Positions 30,507-42,281 of a DNA stretch of 64,000 bases are shown here, one piece after another. The translations under genes and the position numbers were made by a program. Below the pieces are notes generated by a model. It did not search any database, had not been told where the DNA came from, and worked only from the letters and a program-made list of their open reading frames with translations. The stretch comes from an uncultured Pseudomonadota bacterium (lineage in GTDB: Bacteria; Pseudomonadota; Gammaproteobacteria; Natronospirales; CAVUBB01), in NCBI GenBank assembly GCA_963739695.1, contig CAVUBB010000019.1, forward strand, positions 96,735-160,734, written 5' to 3'. Each line of letters starts with the position of its first letter. Position 1 is the first letter of the stretch.

Positions 30507-32663
30507 ATGAGTAATCCCGTCTCCATCTTCTCGCGCGTGACCCGGGGCAAACGCCATGACGGCGTCGAGGAACTGCTCGACAATCTGCGCGAATATCTGA
30601 CCCCCGAACAGGTGGCCGAGATCCATCAGGCTTACCTGTTCGGGGCTCAGGCTCACGAAGGACAGCGCCGCCTTTCGGGCGAACCCTATATCAGCCATCC
30701 GGTGGCCGTGGCCGGCATCCTCGCCGATTTCCACATGGATCATCTGACCATCATCGCGGCGATCCTGCACGATGTGATCGAGGATACGCCGACCGCCAAG
30801 GACGAGATCACCCAGCGTTTCGGCGAAGAGGTCGCACAGCTGGTGGATGGCGTCAGCAAGCTGACCCAGATCCAGTTCCAGAGCCGGGCCGAAGCCCAGG
30901 CGGAGAACTTCCGCAAGATGTTGCTGGCGATGGTGGAGGACATCCGTGTCATCCTGGTCAAGCTCGCCGACCGCCTGCACAACATGCGCACGCTTGGCGT
31001 CATGCCGGCGGCGAAACGCCGGCGCATCGCGCGCGAGACGCTGGAGATCTACGCGCCGATCGCCAATCGCCTGGGCATGAACGCGTTACGCCTGGAACTG
31101 GAGGACCTCGGCTTCAAGGCGATGCACCCGCAGCGCTACAAGGTGATCGCGCGCCACCTCAAGCGCACACGCGGTCATCAAAAGGAGATCGTGCGCAAGA
31201 TCTCGGCCAACATCCATCGCGCGCTGGGCGAAGAGAGCATCGAATCGACGGTGCAGGGACGCGAGAAGCATCTCTACAGCATCTACAAGAAGATGCGCAG
31301 CAAGGGGCTTTCCCTGAGCGAAGTGCTCGACGTCTATGGCTTTCGCATCGTCGTCGACAAGGTCGACACGTGCTACCGCGTGCTCGGCGTGATCCATAAT
31401 CTCTACAAGCCGGTACCCGGGCGTTTCAAGGATTACATCGCCATCCCCAAGGCGAACGGCTACCAGTCGTTGCATACCGTGTTGTTCGGCCCTCAGGGCG
31501 TACCCATCGAAGTGCAGATCCGTACCGACGACATGGATACCATCGCCGAGTCGGGCATCGCGGCACATTGGTTGTACAAGGTCGGCGGCGAGAGCAGCGG
31601 CGGCGCGCCGGAAGCGCGGGCGCGCGAGTGGCTGCGCGGTGTGCTGGAGATGCAGAAGGGCGCCGGCAACTCGCTAGAGTTTCTGGAGAACGTGAAAGTC
31701 GACCTGTTTCCGGACGAGGCCTACGTATTCACGCCACAGGGCGATATCCGCCGCCTGCCGCGTGGCGCCACCGCAGTAGACTTCGCCTATGCGGTGCATA
31801 CAGATGTCGGCAACCATTGCGTCGCGGCCAAGATCGACCGCCGGCTCGCGCCGCTACGCACGCCACTGGCGACGGGCCAGACTGTGGAGATCATCACCGC
31901 GAACAGCGCCAAGCCGAACCCGGCCTGGCTGAATTTCGTGGTCACCGCGAAAGCGCGCGCCAACATCCGTCACTACCTCAAGAACCTGCAGCGCGAAGAG
32001 GCGGTCGATCTGGGGCGGCGCTTGCTCGAGCGTTCCCTGTCAGGCTACTCCGCCACTCTGAAGAAGCTGCCCACGGCCCGCATGCAGGCAGTCCTGGACG
32101 CACTCAAGCTGGAGACACCCGACGACCTGTTCGAGACGATCGGCCTGGGCCAGCGACTCGCCCCGCTGGTCGCGCGCCGCCTGATGCCCGACGCCGAAGA
32201 TGGCACCGCGGAGACGGGCGGGCCGCTGGCGATCAAGGGCACCGAAGGCATGGTGGTGACACTGGCGAAGTGTTGTCATCCCATCCCGGGCGACGCGATC
32301 CTGGGTTACCTCAGCGCGGGGCGCGGCATCGTCGTCCATCGCGACAATTGCCGCAACCTCGCCGAGTACCGCAACCAGCCGGACAAATGGATCGAGGTGC
32401 AGTGGGAGAAGGACATCGAACGCGAGTTTGCGGTGGAGATCCGTGCCGATGTGATCAACCAGCGCGGCGTGCTCGCCACGCTCGCAGCGACTATCGCGGA
32501 ACTCGGGTCCAACATCGAGCATGTGTCCGTGCATGAGCGCGACGGCTCGACCTCGTTGCTCACATTCATCTTCTCGGTGAGCGACCGCAAACATCTGGCG
32601 CGGATCATGCGCCACATCCGCAACATGCCTCAGGTGATGCGGCTCACGCGTACCCGCGGCTAG
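30507..32663 (+). CDS. spoT: Bifunctional (p)ppGpp synthetase/hydrolase
   Basis: HD domain (HEGQRRLSGEPY, LHDVIED), synthetase YQSLHT/EVQIRT, TGS and ACT domains. Confidence 0.96.
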   Translation: MSNPVSIFSRVTRGKRHDGVEELLDNLREYLTPEQVAEIHQAYLFGAQAHEGQRRLSGEPYISHPVAVAGILADFHMDHLTIIAAILHDVIEDTPTAKDEITQRFGEEVAQLVDGVSKLTQIQFQSRAEAQAENFRKMLLAMVEDIRVILVKLADRLHNMRTLGVMPAAKRRRIARETLEIYAPIANRLGMNALRLELEDLGFKAMHPQRYKVIARHLKRTRGHQKEIVRKISANIHRALGEESIESTVQGREKHLYSIYKKMRSKGLSLSEVLDVYGFRIVVDKVDTCYRVLGVIHNLYKPVPGRFKDYIAIPKANGYQSLHTVLFGPQGVPIEVQIRTDDMDTIAESGIAAHWLYKVGGESSGGAPEARAREWLRGVLEMQKGAGNSLEFLENVKVDLFPDEAYVFTPQGDIRRLPRGATAVDFAYAVHTDVGNHCVAAKIDRRLAPLRTPLATGQTVEIITANSAKPNPAWLNFVVTAKARANIRHYLKNLQREEAVDLGRRLLERSLSGYSATLKKLPTARMQAVLDALKLETPDDLFETIGLGQRLAPLVARRLMPDAEDGTAETGGPLAIKGTEGMVVTLAKCCHPIPGDAILGYLSAGRGIVVHRDNCRNLAEYRNQPDKWIEVQWEKDIEREFAVEIRADVINQRGVLATLAATIAELGSNIEHVSVHERDGSTSLLTFIFSVSDRKHLARIMRHIRNMPQVMRLTRTRG

Positions 32664-32741
32664 TTCGCACCACGCGCATTGTGCGTGCGCGAGGTTTTTG
32701 CATACCATCATCGTCTATCGGCGAACCCGCAGGAGAAACGC

Positions 32742-33122
32742 ATGGCCCGCGAAGTCATTCACACGGACAAGGCACCGCAAGCGATCGGCACTTACTCGCA
32801 GGCAGTGAAAGTGGACGGCACGGTATATCTCTCCGGGCAGATACCGCTCGACCCGGCGACCATGACCATGGTGGCCGGCGATATCGACGCGCAGATACGC
32901 CGCGTGTTCGACAACCTGGCTGCTGTCTCTCAAGCGGCGGGCGGCTCGCTGGCAGATATCGCCAAGCTCAATATCTATCTCACCGACCTTGGCGATTTCG
33001 CGCGCGTGAACGCGGTGATGGCCGAATACTTTTCCGAACCGTATCCGGCGCGTGCCGCCATCGGTGTCGCCGCCCTGCCCAAGGGTGCCGCGGTGGAGAT
33101 GGACGCGGTCCTGACGCTCTAA
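32742..33122 (+). CDS. ridA: RidA family enamine/imine deaminase
   Basis: [32 protein letters not shown]; AGGAG RBS. Confidence 0.92.
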   Translation: MAREVIHTDKAPQAIGTYSQAVKVDGTVYLSGQIPLDPATMTMVAGDIDAQIRRVFDNLAAVSQAAGGSLADIAKLNIYLTDLGDFARVNAVMAEYFSEPYPARAAIGVAALPKGAAVEMDAVLTL

Positions 33123-33130
33123 GCAAGACG

Positions 33131-35263
33131 GTGGGCGTAAAACACGCAGGATCTGCCTCCGGCCCCTCGAGCCAGACGCCAGCATCGTTCGACGCTGCCT
33201 CCGTGCTGTCGTTGCGCGGCGTGGGCCCGCAGGTGGCCGCGCGCCTGGCGAATCTGGGTATCCACAGCGTCCAGGATCTCTTGTTCCATCTGCCCATGCG
33301 CTACGAGGACCGTACACGCGTGGTGCCGGTCGGCAGTCTGCGGCCGGGCATGCAGGCGGTGATAGACGTCGAAGTGCAGCTTACCGAGACGGTCTATCGG
33401 CGCCGGCCGACGCTTCTTTGTCGGGTGAGTGACAACACGGGCGCGCTCACGTTGCGCTTTTTCCACTTCAGCAAGGCGCAGGCGGCAAGTCTGGTCCGCG
33501 GGATGCGCCTGCGCTGCTATGGAGAAGTACGACCGGGTCCGGCGACGCTGGAGATGGTGCACCCGGAGTATCTCATCGTCTCCGCCAGCGGACCGGTGGA
33601 GGTCGAACAGACGCTCACCCCGATCTATCCTGCGACCGAGGGCGTCCAGCAGCGCAAGCTGCGCGATCTCACCGACCAGGCCTTGGTGCTGCTGGCCGAG
33701 AAGCCGACACGGCTGCCCGAATATCTGCCCGAAGACATCCCGGGGTTGAGCGAGCTGCCAAATCTGCATGACGCGCTGCGTTACGTGCATCGCCCGCCCC
33801 CGCAAGCGCCGGTCGAGGAGCTTGCCCAGGGCCGCCATCCGGCACAGCAGCGCCTCGCCTTCGAAGAATTGCTGGCCCATCATCTCAGTCTGCGCCACCT
33901 GCGGCTTGCAGCCGATCGCACGCCTGCCGATGCGCTCGCGGGCGACGATTCACTGGTGGCCGCGTTTCGCGCCTCGTTGCCGTTCACGCTCACCGCGGCA
34001 CAGGAGCGCGTCTGCGCGGAGGTCTTCGCAGATCTTGCGGAGAGTCATCCGATGATGCGCCTGGTACAGGGCGATGTTGGCTCGGGCAAGACGGTGGTCG
34101 CCGCGCTTGCGGCCTTGCGCGCCATCGAGGCAGGCGCGCAGGTGGCGCTGATGGCGCCCACCGAACTGCTGGCCGAGCAGCATTTTCGCAATTTCGATGC
34201 CTGGCTCACTCCGCTGGGTGTACGCGCGGTGTGGCTGGCCGGCCGCCTGCGCGCCAAAGCGCGGCGCGAAGCACTGGCCGAGATCGCCAGCGGCGATGCC
34301 CGTCTTGTCGTCGGCACGCATGCGCTGTTCCAGGACGACGTCCATTTCGAACGCCTGCGTCTGATCATCATCGACGAGCAGCACCGCTTTGGTGTCCATC
34401 AGCGCCTGGCCCTGAAAGAGAAGGGGGTCGAGGCGGATACGCATCCGCATCAGCTGATCATGACCGCGACCCCGATCCCGCGTACGCTGGCGATGACTGC
34501 CTATGCGGATCTCGACACGTCGGTGATCGACGAGTTGCCGCCGGGCCGCACGCCTGTGCAGACCGTGGTGATCCCGGACAGTCGCCGCGATGAAGTGGTG
34601 GCCCGTGTCGAACGCGCCGCGCGCGACGGCCGCCAGGTGTACTGGGTGTGTCCGCTGATCGAGGAATCCGAGGTGTTGCAGTACCAGGCCGCCGAAGAGA
34701 CTGCGGCACGTCTCGCCGAGGCCTTGCCCGATCTGCGTGTGGGGCTGGTGCACGGGCGCATGCGCCCAGTCGAACGCGACAAGGTCATGCAGGCATTCAA
34801 GGGCGGTGGGCTGGAGTTGCTGGTGGCGACGACCGTGATCGAGGTCGGGGTTGATGTACCTGCGGCGAGTCTGATGATCATCGAGAATGCGGAGCGGCTC
34901 GGTCTGTCGCAGTTGCATCAGCTGCGCGGCCGGGTCGGCCGTGGGAGTGCTGAGAGCAGTTGCGTGCTCATGTATCACGGCAGCCTGTCAGAGCTGGCGC
35001 GGGCGCGGCTTGCCGCCATGCGCGAGACCACCGACGGTTTCGAGATCTCGCGCCGCGATCTGGAGCTGCGCGGCCCGGGCGAGGTGCTGGGTACGCGCCA
35101 GACCGGCATGGTGACGATGCGCATCGCCGACCTGCTGCGCGATGCGGATCTGCTGCCGAGAGTGCAGGCAGCCGCATCCGCGCTGCTCGCGCGTTCGCCC
35201 CGCCGTGCCGACGGCCTTATCGCGCGCTGGCTCGGCGACGGTGGACGGTACGCAGGCGTATGA
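33131..35263 (+). CDS. recG: ATP-dependent DNA helicase RecG
   Basis: QGDVGSGKT, DEQHRFG, MTATPIPRT, QLRGRVGRG, DLELRGPGE. Start approximate. Confidence 0.95.
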   Translation: MGVKHAGSASGPSSQTPASFDAASVLSLRGVGPQVAARLANLGIHSVQDLLFHLPMRYEDRTRVVPVGSLRPGMQAVIDVEVQLTETVYRRRPTLLCRVSDNTGALTLRFFHFSKAQAASLVRGMRLRCYGEVRPGPATLEMVHPEYLIVSASGPVEVEQTLTPIYPATEGVQQRKLRDLTDQALVLLAEKPTRLPEYLPEDIPGLSELPNLHDALRYVHRPPPQAPVEELAQGRHPAQQRLAFEELLAHHLSLRHLRLAADRTPADALAGDDSLVAAFRASLPFTLTAAQERVCAEVFADLAESHPMMRLVQGDVGSGKTVVAALAALRAIEAGAQVALMAPTELLAEQHFRNFDAWLTPLGVRAVWLAGRLRAKARREALAEIASGDARLVVGTHALFQDDVHFERLRLIIIDEQHRFGVHQRLALKEKGVEADTHPHQLIMTATPIPRTLAMTAYADLDTSVIDELPPGRTPVQTVVIPDSRRDEVVARVERAARDGRQVYWVCPLIEESEVLQYQAAEETAARLAEALPDLRVGLVHGRMRPVERDKVMQAFKGGGLELLVATTVIEVGVDVPAASLMIIENAERLGLSQLHQLRGRVGRGSAESSCVLMYHGSLSELARARLAAMRETTDGFEISRRDLELRGPGEVLGTRQTGMVTMRIADLLRDADLLPRVQAAASALLARSPRRADGLIARWLGDGGRYAGV

Positions 35264-35850
35264 CTTCCGAGGCAAGTGCGAGCTGTGAAGCCTTTCTGGA
35301 TGCCGCCTGGCAACCCGTCGCCCGCGTGGACGCGGCTCCCGCGCACCTGCGCGGCCTGCTGACCGAGATGGGTTCGCTCACGGCAAGGTTGCGCGAGCTT
35401 TGCGGGCCGGATTTCCGGGTAAAGGTGCTGGCGGAAGAACGCCAACCCCTCGGTGTGCGCGAAGCGGGACTGCTGGGGATGGCGCCGGCGAGCCCGGGAT
35501 TCGTGCGCGCAGTGCACCTGTGCTGCGGCGCGCGCGCGCTGGTATTTGCCTGCACACTGGCTCCCGCGGGCGAGCTTGACGGCCGTGATCGCTGGCTGGC
35601 GGAGCTCGGCAGCGGTGCTGTAGGCGATCATGTCTTCGGATCCGGGGATGGCGGTCGCGGATGCCTCGAGATCGCATCGGTCCCGCCGTCGGCACCGCTC
35701 GTCCGCTATGCTATGCGCGGGGAATCTCCACCGGAGATGGCGCTCTGGGCTCGGCGCTCGCGTCTTTACGCGGGCCCGCTGGAGTTCGAAGTTATGGAAT
35801 GTTTTCTGCCGGGAGTAGACGCGTGCATCCGCGGATCGAACGAGAGCTGA
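35260..35850 (+). CDS. ubiC: Chorismate pyruvate-lyase (divergent)
   Basis: GSLTARL, WARRS, ECFLP; directly upstream of ubiA. Confidence 0.75.
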   Translation: MTSEASASCEAFLDAAWQPVARVDAAPAHLRGLLTEMGSLTARLRELCGPDFRVKVLAEERQPLGVREAGLLGMAPASPGFVRAVHLCCGARALVFACTLAPAGELDGRDRWLAELGSGAVGDHVFGSGDGGRGCLEIASVPPSAPLVRYAMRGESPPEMALWARRSRLYAGPLEFEVMECFLPGVDACIRGSNES

Positions 35851-36755
35851 AACGCCTGCGCAAGCATGTCTTCCTGCGCCAGACGCTGCCACATGCCTGG
35901 CAGCGCGCCGGCGTGTACTGGCGCGCGATGCGCATGCACAAACCGATCGGTGCCTTCCTGCTCATGTGGCCGACGTTGTGGGCATTGTGGCTGGCGGGGG
36001 ACGGCCATCCGCGCGCGGACGTGTTCGTGGTGTTCGTGCTCGGCGTGTTCGTGATGCGTTCTGCAGGCTGCGTGATCAACGATTTTGCCGACCGCAGGAT
36101 CGACCCGCATGTCTGGCGTACCCGCGAACGTCCGCTCGCCGCGGGTGAGATGAGTGACCGTGAGGCGATAATCCTGTTTCTCGTGCTGAGCCTGGCGGCG
36201 TTCGCGCTGGTGCTGACCATGAACCGGCTCACCATCTGGCTCTCGTTCGTCGGCATCGCTCTCGCGGCGACCTATCCGTTCATGAAGCGTTACACGTATC
36301 TGCCGCAACCTTATCTCGGTGCGGCGTTCGGCTGGTCCATCCCCATGGCCTATGCCGCGCAGACCGGCGCCGTGGACAGCACCGCCTGGCTGCTGTTCAT
36401 CGCCAACATCTTCTGGGCCACCGCTTATGACACCATGTACGCCATGGCGGACCGGCCCGACGATCTCAAGATCGGCGTCAAATCGAGCGCCATCCTGTTC
36501 GGCGATCTCGATCGCCATCTGGTCGGTCTGCTGCAGGCGACGCTGTTGTTCAACCTGGTGCTGGTCGGCATCAAGTTGCATCTTGGCAGCGCCTATTATG
36601 GCGGTCTGGCCGCAGCCGCCGTGTTCGGGATCTACGAGCAGTACCTGATCTTTCGCCGTGAGCCCCGTGCGTGTTTCCAGGCGTTCATGAACAACAACTG
36701 GTTCGGTTGCGCGGTATTTGCCGGCATCGTGCTCCACTACACCTTCGCCACCTGA
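35823..36755 (+). CDS. ubiA: 4-hydroxybenzoate polyprenyltransferase
   Basis: [47 protein letters not shown] start after GGGAG. Confidence 0.94.
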   Translation: MHPRIERELKRLRKHVFLRQTLPHAWQRAGVYWRAMRMHKPIGAFLLMWPTLWALWLAGDGHPRADVFVVFVLGVFVMRSAGCVINDFADRRIDPHVWRTRERPLAAGEMSDREAIILFLVLSLAAFALVLTMNRLTIWLSFVGIALAATYPFMKRYTYLPQPYLGAAFGWSIPMAYAAQTGAVDSTAWLLFIANIFWATAYDTMYAMADRPDDLKIGVKSSAILFGDLDRHLVGLLQATLLFNLVLVGIKLHLGSAYYGGLAAAAVFGIYEQYLIFRREPRACFQAFMNNNWFGCAVFAGIVLHYTFAT

Positions 36756-36762
36756 AACCGGG

Positions 36763-37467
36763 CTAGCCCACGCGGGCACATGCCCAAAGCTCCACCCGTT
36801 CGCAACCGGCCCGCTTGAGGCTGCGTGCCAGCTCGCCCGCGGTACTCGCGGTGGTGACCACATCGTCGAGGATCGCGACATGCGGTGGCGGCGGGCGGAT
36901 GACGCTGAACGCACCGCGCACGTTGCGCCGTCGTTCGCGCGCATCGAGACGTGACTGCACTCTGGTCGCGCGCGTGCGGCGTACCAGCTCGCGATCGAGC
37001 GGGACGCCCAGGCGCTGTGCGATCGGGCGCGCGAGCTCGGCGGCCTGGTCGAAGCCGCGCTCGCGCAGACGGGTGGCGTGCAGGGGGATCGGCACCAGGG
37101 CGTCGGGCCGCGGTTGGCCGTCACCGCTCAGGTGAGCCGCCATGCGCTCGCCGAGGATGCGGGCGTGCGCAAGGCGGCCGCTGAACTTGAGCCGTTGCAG
37201 CAGGCGATCGAGAGGGTAGGCATAGACGAACGGTATGCGCGCGGCGTCGAATTGGGGAGGCTTGTCCAGGCATTCGCCGCAGAGCATCCCGGCGGGGGTG
37301 CCCGGCGGCAGCGGCAGGGCGCAGCGCGGGCACGGAGTCCGGTTCCAGGGCAGTTCGGTTTCGCAGGCTCGGCACAGGTCGAGCTCGCGTGCAGAGGACG
37401 CGCCGCAGAGCACGCAACGGCCGGGCAGGAGGATGAACTGGACAATATCTAGCCATCTGTTAACCAT
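36763..37467 (-). CDS. comF: ComF family competence protein (Zn ribbon + PRTase)
   Basis: CxxC pairs, [23 protein letters not shown]. Confidence 0.9.
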   Translation of the reverse strand: MVNRWLDIVQFILLPGRCVLCGASSARELDLCRACETELPWNRTPCPRCALPLPPGTPAGMLCGECLDKPPQFDAARIPFVYAYPLDRLLQRLKFSGRLAHARILGERMAAHLSGDGQPRPDALVPIPLHATRLRERGFDQAAELARPIAQRLGVPLDRELVRRTRATRVQSRLDARERRRNVRGAFSVIRPPPPHVAILDDVVTTASTAGELARSLKRAGCERVELWACARVG

Positions 37468-37489
37468 CGGCATCCGTCCCGGTTGACAG
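37457..37489. promoter_or_regulatory. BirA operator (bioO)
   Basis: CTGTTAACC-N15-GGTTGACAG inverted repeat matching the TGTaAACC...GGTTtACA consensus, upstream of bioB. Confidence 0.8.
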
Positions 37490-37510
37490 TAAAGACCACG
37501 CCGTTACACT
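37483..37510 (+). promoter_or_regulatory. sigma70 promoter of the bio operon
   Basis: TTGACA-16 nt-TACACT; the -35 lies inside the operator arm. Confidence 0.7.
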
Positions 37511-37590
37511 TTGCGCCCGGGCGCGGACACCGCTGCAGACTATGCGGGCCGGGCTTTCGAGGCAAGCCGTCTACCCGAGGATCACCTGTG

Positions 37591-38586
37591 ATGACCCAGA
37601 TTCCGAACGATATCCGTCACGATTGGACCCAGGCACAAGCCGAAGCCTTGTTCGCGCTCCCGTTCAACGACCTGTTGTTCCGGGCCCAGAGCCTGCATCG
37701 AAAGTACTTCGATCCCAACGCGGTCCAGATAAGTACGCTGCTCAGCATCAAGACCGGCGCCTGCCCGGAAGACTGCAAATATTGTCCGCAGAGTGTGCGT
37801 TATGACACCGGTCTCGAGCGCGAAGCCCTGATGGAAGTGGAAGCGGTCATCGAGCAGGCGCGCAAGGCGCGCGAGAACGGTGCCGCGCGCTTTTGCATGG
37901 GCGCGGCCTATCGCAGCCCCAAAGACCGCGACCTGGACAAGGTCATCGCCATGATCAAGGGCGTGCGCGAACTCGGCCTGGAGACCTGCGCCACGCTCGG
38001 CATGCTCACGCCCGGGCAGGCCGCGCGCCTCGCCGAGGCAGGGCTCGATTACTACAACCACAACATCGATACGTCGGAAGAGTATTACGGTGAAGTGATC
38101 GGCACCCGCACGTTCGCCGATCGCCTGGATACGCTGGAGAACGTGCGCGCCGCCGGCATGAATGTCTGCTGCGGCGGCATCGTGGGCATGGGCGAATCGC
38201 AAAGCGACCGTGCCGGCATGTTGCGCACGCTCGCCAACCTTCCCGAACACCCCCAGAGCGTGCCCATCAACCAGCTGATCCAGGTGCCTGGCACGCCGAT
38301 GTACGGCAAGGATCCGGTCGATCCGATCGACTTCGTGCGCACCATCGCGGTGGCCCGCATCATGATGCCGCGCGCTCATGTGCGCCTGTCTGCGGGGCGC
38401 ACCGAGATGAGCGACGAGACCCAGGCCCTGTGCTTCTTCGCCGGTGCCAATTCCATCTTCTATGGCGAGAAGCTGCTCACCACGGAAAATCCGGGTGAGG
38501 ATCACGACCATCTGCTGTTCGAGCGTCTGGGCCTGCACCCGGAGACGGCGGCCGAAGAGGATCCCGCCCAGGCGGCACATGCCTGA
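37591..38586 (+). CDS. bioB: Biotin synthase
   Basis: [35 protein letters not shown]. Confidence 0.97.
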   Translation: MTQIPNDIRHDWTQAQAEALFALPFNDLLFRAQSLHRKYFDPNAVQISTLLSIKTGACPEDCKYCPQSVRYDTGLEREALMEVEAVIEQARKARENGAARFCMGAAYRSPKDRDLDKVIAMIKGVRELGLETCATLGMLTPGQAARLAEAGLDYYNHNIDTSEEYYGEVIGTRTFADRLDTLENVRAAGMNVCCGGIVGMGESQSDRAGMLRTLANLPEHPQSVPINQLIQVPGTPMYGKDPVDPIDFVRTIAVARIMMPRAHVRLSAGRTEMSDETQALCFFAGANSIFYGEKLLTTENPGEDHDHLLFERLGLHPETAAEEDPAQAAHA

Positions 38587-39775
38587 CCTGCCCGTCAGCG
38601 GCGAGATGGATGCCGTGCTCGCGGCCGCGCTTGCGGATCTGCGCGATCAGTCTCTGTACCGTGCGCGCTCCACCTGCGAGGGCCGCACCGGCCCCGAGCA
38701 GGTGATCGACGGGCGCGAGCTGCTGAGTTTTTGCAGCAACGACTATCTCGGCCTGGCCGGGCATCCCGAGATCGCTGCCACACTGGCCCGGGCCGCGGCC
38801 GAATTCGGCACCGGCGCGGGCGCTGCACACCTGGTGAACGGCCATTCCAGCGCGCATCGCGCACTCGAAGAGGAGCTGGCCGATTTCGTCGGCCGCCCGC
38901 GTGCATTGCTGTTCTCCACCGGCTACATGGCCAACCTTGGCGTCGGCACCGCGTTGGCAGCGCGCGGCGATACCGTGCTCGAAGACCGCCTGAATCACGC
39001 CTCGCTGCTCGATGCCGGGCTGCTGTGCGGTGCGCGTTTCAAGCGCTTCCCGCATGCCGATGCCGATGTCCTGGCGCAGCGGCTCGCCAGCGCGTCCGCC
39101 GCGGGGCGCAAGCTGGTGCTGACCGATGGGGTCTTCAGCATGGACGGCGACATGGCGCCCTTGCCGGCGCTGGCCGAAGTGAGTGCGCGTCATGGCGCCT
39201 GGCTGGTAGTCGACGATGCCCACGGCCTGGGCGTGGTCGGGCCCGGCGGACGCGGCAGCGTGGCCGCGCATGGGCTGGGCAGTACCGAAGTCCCGGTGCT
39301 CGTGGGCACGCTGGGCAAGGCCTTCGGTACCTTCGGCGCCTTCGTGGCCGGCAGCGACGCGCTGATAGAGACGCTGATCCAGCGCGCACGAACCTATATA
39401 TATACGACCGCCTTGCCGCCGGCTTTGGCCGAGGCCACGCGTACGGCTCTGCGACTCGCGCGCGACGAGCAGTGGCGCCGCGACCATCTCGAAGGGTTGA
39501 TCCAGCGCTTTCGGTCCGGTGCCGCGGCGATCGGCATCCCACTCAAGGAATCTGCCACACCGATCCAGCCCATAGTCGTAGGCGAATCGGCTGTGGCCCT
39601 GGCACTGAGTGCGGCACTCCTCGAGCGCGGTCTGCAGGTGATCGCGATCCGGCCGCCGACGGTACCGGCCGGGACGGCACGTCTGCGCGTCACGTTTTCC
39701 GCCGCGCATACCGATGCGCATGTGGATCGTCTGCTGGAAGCGCTGGCCGAGGTATGGCCGAAGGCCGGACGATGA
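38579..39775 (+). CDS. bioF: 8-amino-7-oxononanoate synthase
   Basis: [38 protein letters not shown]. Confidence 0.95.
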   Translation: MPDLPVSGEMDAVLAAALADLRDQSLYRARSTCEGRTGPEQVIDGRELLSFCSNDYLGLAGHPEIAATLARAAAEFGTGAGAAHLVNGHSSAHRALEEELADFVGRPRALLFSTGYMANLGVGTALAARGDTVLEDRLNHASLLDAGLLCGARFKRFPHADADVLAQRLASASAAGRKLVLTDGVFSMDGDMAPLPALAEVSARHGAWLVVDDAHGLGVVGPGGRGSVAAHGLGSTEVPVLVGTLGKAFGTFGAFVAGSDALIETLIQRARTYIYTTALPPALAEATRTALRLARDEQWRRDHLEGLIQRFRSGAAAIGIPLKESATPIQPIVVGESAVALALSAALLERGLQVIAIRPPTVPAGTARLRVTFSAAHTDAHVDRLLEALAEVWPKAGR

Positions 39776-40581
39776 CAACCGCGGTCCATATAGAGGCGCG
39801 CGGGCAGGGGCAGGACCTCGTCCTCCTGCACGGCTGGGGTATGCACGGCGGCGTCTGGGATGCCGTCGTGCCGAGCCTGGCGCGGCACTTGCGTGTGCAC
39901 GCGCTGGATTTGCCCGGGCACGGCCGCAGCCCGGCGCTCGCGGGCGCGAACCATCTCGACGCGGTGGCGCGGGCCTGTCTTGCCGCGGCACCGCCACGCG
40001 CGGTCTGGCTGGGCTGGTCGTTGGGCGGGATGGTGGCCATGAAGGCAGCAGCATTGGCGCCCGAGCGGATCGAAGCACTGGTGCTGGTGGCGACCACGCC
40101 GCGATTCATCGCCACGCCCGACTGGCCGCACGCCATGACCCCGGCGACCCTCGAGCGCTTCGCCGCCGAGCTGATGAGCGATTTTCGCACCACGGTCCAG
40201 CATTTTCTGACCCTGCAGGTCCGGGGCGACGAACAGGCGCGCGAGATCCTGCGCGCACTGCGCCACGAGGTGTTCGCGCATGGCGAGCCCGCGCCCGCGG
40301 CGCTGGCGGCGGGGCTGGAGATCTTGCGCACGATCGATCTGCGCGCGCATCTGGGCGAGATCCGCCAGCCGGCCCTCGTCATCGGCGGCGGGCGCGACCG
40401 ACTGACGCCCCCGCAGGCCGCGCGCGCACTTGCCGGGGCGCTGCCCGATGCCCGTCTGATGATGATGGAGGACGCCGCCCACGCGCCGTTCCTGTCGCAT
40501 CCCGAACTTTTCACACGCACGGTCGAGGAATTCGTTGCCGAAGTGGCCTGGGAGCAGGCGCGATCCGGGGGCAGGACATGA
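39772..40581 (+). CDS. bioH: Pimeloyl-ACP methyl ester esterase
   Basis: [25 protein letters not shown]. Confidence 0.93.
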   Translation: MTTAVHIEARGQGQDLVLLHGWGMHGGVWDAVVPSLARHLRVHALDLPGHGRSPALAGANHLDAVARACLAAAPPRAVWLGWSLGGMVAMKAAALAPERIEALVLVATTPRFIATPDWPHAMTPATLERFAAELMSDFRTTVQHFLTLQVRGDEQAREILRALRHEVFAHGEPAPAALAAGLEILRTIDLRAHLGEIRQPALVIGGGRDRLTPPQAARALAGALPDARLMMMEDAAHAPFLSHPELFTRTVEEFVAEVAWEQARSGGRT

Positions 40582-41441
40582 GCGCGGACGACATCGATCA
40601 GGCTTACGCCATCCCCGTAGCCGCCGTGCGCCGCGCCTTCGATCGTGCGGCCGGCAGCTACGATGCGGCGGCCGTGCTCCAGCGCGAAGTCCTCGCGCGC
40701 GCGCTGGAGCGGTTGGAACTGCTCGACTACACGCCGGCACGCGTCCTTGACGTCGGTGCCGGCACCGGCCATGCGGCTGCCGCACTGGCCCGCACCTACC
40801 GCAAGGCTTCGGTGACGGCGGTGGACGTCTCCGAGCGCATGCTGCGCGAATCCCGGCGCAATCGCCCCTGGTTCCGGCCCATCCGCCGGGTCTGCGCCGA
40901 CGCGGCCGCGCTGCCGTTCGCGACCGAGAGCATGGACCTGGTATTCAGCAACCTCATGCTGCAGTGGTGTGGCGATATCGACGCGGTGTTTCGCGAATTC
41001 CGGCGCCTGCTGCGGGCTCGTACCGTCGTGATCTTCACCACCTTCGGTCCCGACACGCTCAGGGAACTGCGCGCGGCCTGGTCCGAGGTCGACGGGCACA
41101 CCCACGTGAACCGTTTCGTGGACATGCACGACATCGGCGATGCCCTGGTGCGTGCCGGTTTCGTGGAGCCGGTGATGGACGTGGAGCACCTGACGCTCAC
41201 CTACGACGATGTCTATGGCCTGATGCGCGATCTCAAGCAGATCGGCGCGCACAACATCAACGGTGGACGGGCGAACGGTCTCACCGGGCCCGGTCGGATG
41301 CGGGCTTTCGCCGATGCGTATGAACGTTTTCGCAGCGCAGGCCGCCTGCCGGCCACCTATGAAGTCGTCTATGGCACTGCCTGGGCACCGATGAACCTGC
41401 GTCCCGTCGAGCCCAGTCCCTATCGTGGAGGATCCCGATGA
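40578..41441 (+). CDS. bioC: Malonyl-ACP O-methyltransferase
   Basis: AAGSYDAAAVLQREV, DVGAGTG, SNLMLQW, FGPDTLREL, ATYEVVYG. Confidence 0.93.
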   Translation: MSADDIDQAYAIPVAAVRRAFDRAAGSYDAAAVLQREVLARALERLELLDYTPARVLDVGAGTGHAAAALARTYRKASVTAVDVSERMLRESRRNRPWFRPIRRVCADAAALPFATESMDLVFSNLMLQWCGDIDAVFREFRRLLRARTVVIFTTFGPDTLRELRAAWSEVDGHTHVNRFVDMHDIGDALVRAGFVEPVMDVEHLTLTYDDVYGLMRDLKQIGAHNINGGRANGLTGPGRMRAFADAYERFRSAGRLPATYEVVYGTAWAPMNLRPVEPSPYRGGSR

Positions 41442-42145
41442 TGCGCGGCTATTTCGTTACCGGTACCGACACCGGCATCGGCAAGACAGTCACCACTCTT
41501 GCCCTGTTGGCCGGCGCGAAAGCGCGCGGCATCGAGGCGGTCGGTTTCAAACCGGTGGCCAGTGGCTGCGAACGCACGGCCGAGGGCGCCCTGGTGAACG
41601 AAGATGCGCTGGCGATCCAGGCCGAGGCCCCGATCCATCTGCCCTATGCGCAAGTGAACCCCTATGCGTTTGCACCGCCGATCGCGCCCCATGTCGCAGC
41701 CGCGGAAGCGGGTGTGGCGATCGATGTGGCCACCCTTGCGCGCAGGTTGCGCGAGACCGCCGGCTCGCACCTGGCGATCGTGGAGGGAGTCGGCGGCTGG
41801 GCCGTGCCCCTGGGGCGCGACACCTGTGTATCCGATCTCGCGCATGCGCTCGGCCTGAGGGTCATCCTGGTTGTGGGTATGCGTCTGGGCTGCCTGAACC
41901 ATGCGCTGTTGAGTGCCGAGTCCATCCGGGCCCGGGGCCTGACCCTGGCGGCCTGGGCCGCGGACTGCCCGGAAGGGGAGATGGACCGCCTGGATCAGAA
42001 CGTGGAGAGTCTGCGCACCCGCCTGTCGGCCCCCTTCCTGGGCTGCATCCCCGAGCTTGCAGCGCCCGCCGGGGCGGCGGCGTTACCTTATCTGGACTTC
42101 TCCGCATTAGCCGAATTTTCATCCTCCGCGCAGCAACCCATCTGA
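41438..42145 (+). CDS. bioD: Dethiobiotin synthase
   Basis: TGTDTGIGKT, KPVASG, VEGVGG, LGCLNHA. Confidence 0.94.
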   Translation: MMRGYFVTGTDTGIGKTVTTLALLAGAKARGIEAVGFKPVASGCERTAEGALVNEDALAIQAEAPIHLPYAQVNPYAFAPPIAPHVAAAEAGVAIDVATLARRLRETAGSHLAIVEGVGGWAVPLGRDTCVSDLAHALGLRVILVVGMRLGCLNHALLSAESIRARGLTLAAWAADCPEGEMDRLDQNVESLRTRLSAPFLGCIPELAAPAGAAALPYLDFSALAEFSSSAQQPI

Positions 42146-42281
42146 GGGGTATCTCGTAAGCTGCTGTAATAAATGCGCTTTTTTGTCCACGTCGCCGCGT
42201 TTTCAAGTTGCGCGGTGGGGGGGTATGAAGTAGCATACGCGCTTTGATTTTTCGCCGGTCTCGGTCCGGCGGGGGTAGCGC

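Noticed and set aside
32681-33130. Long N-terminal extensions of recG (also hemE, gmk, bioH, bioC, slyD) in the ORF track
   Set aside because: Artefacts of earliest-start calling that overlap the upstream genes; not fusions.
37591-42145. bioA missing from the bio operon
   Set aside because: bioBFHCD with bioA elsewhere is a common arrangement.
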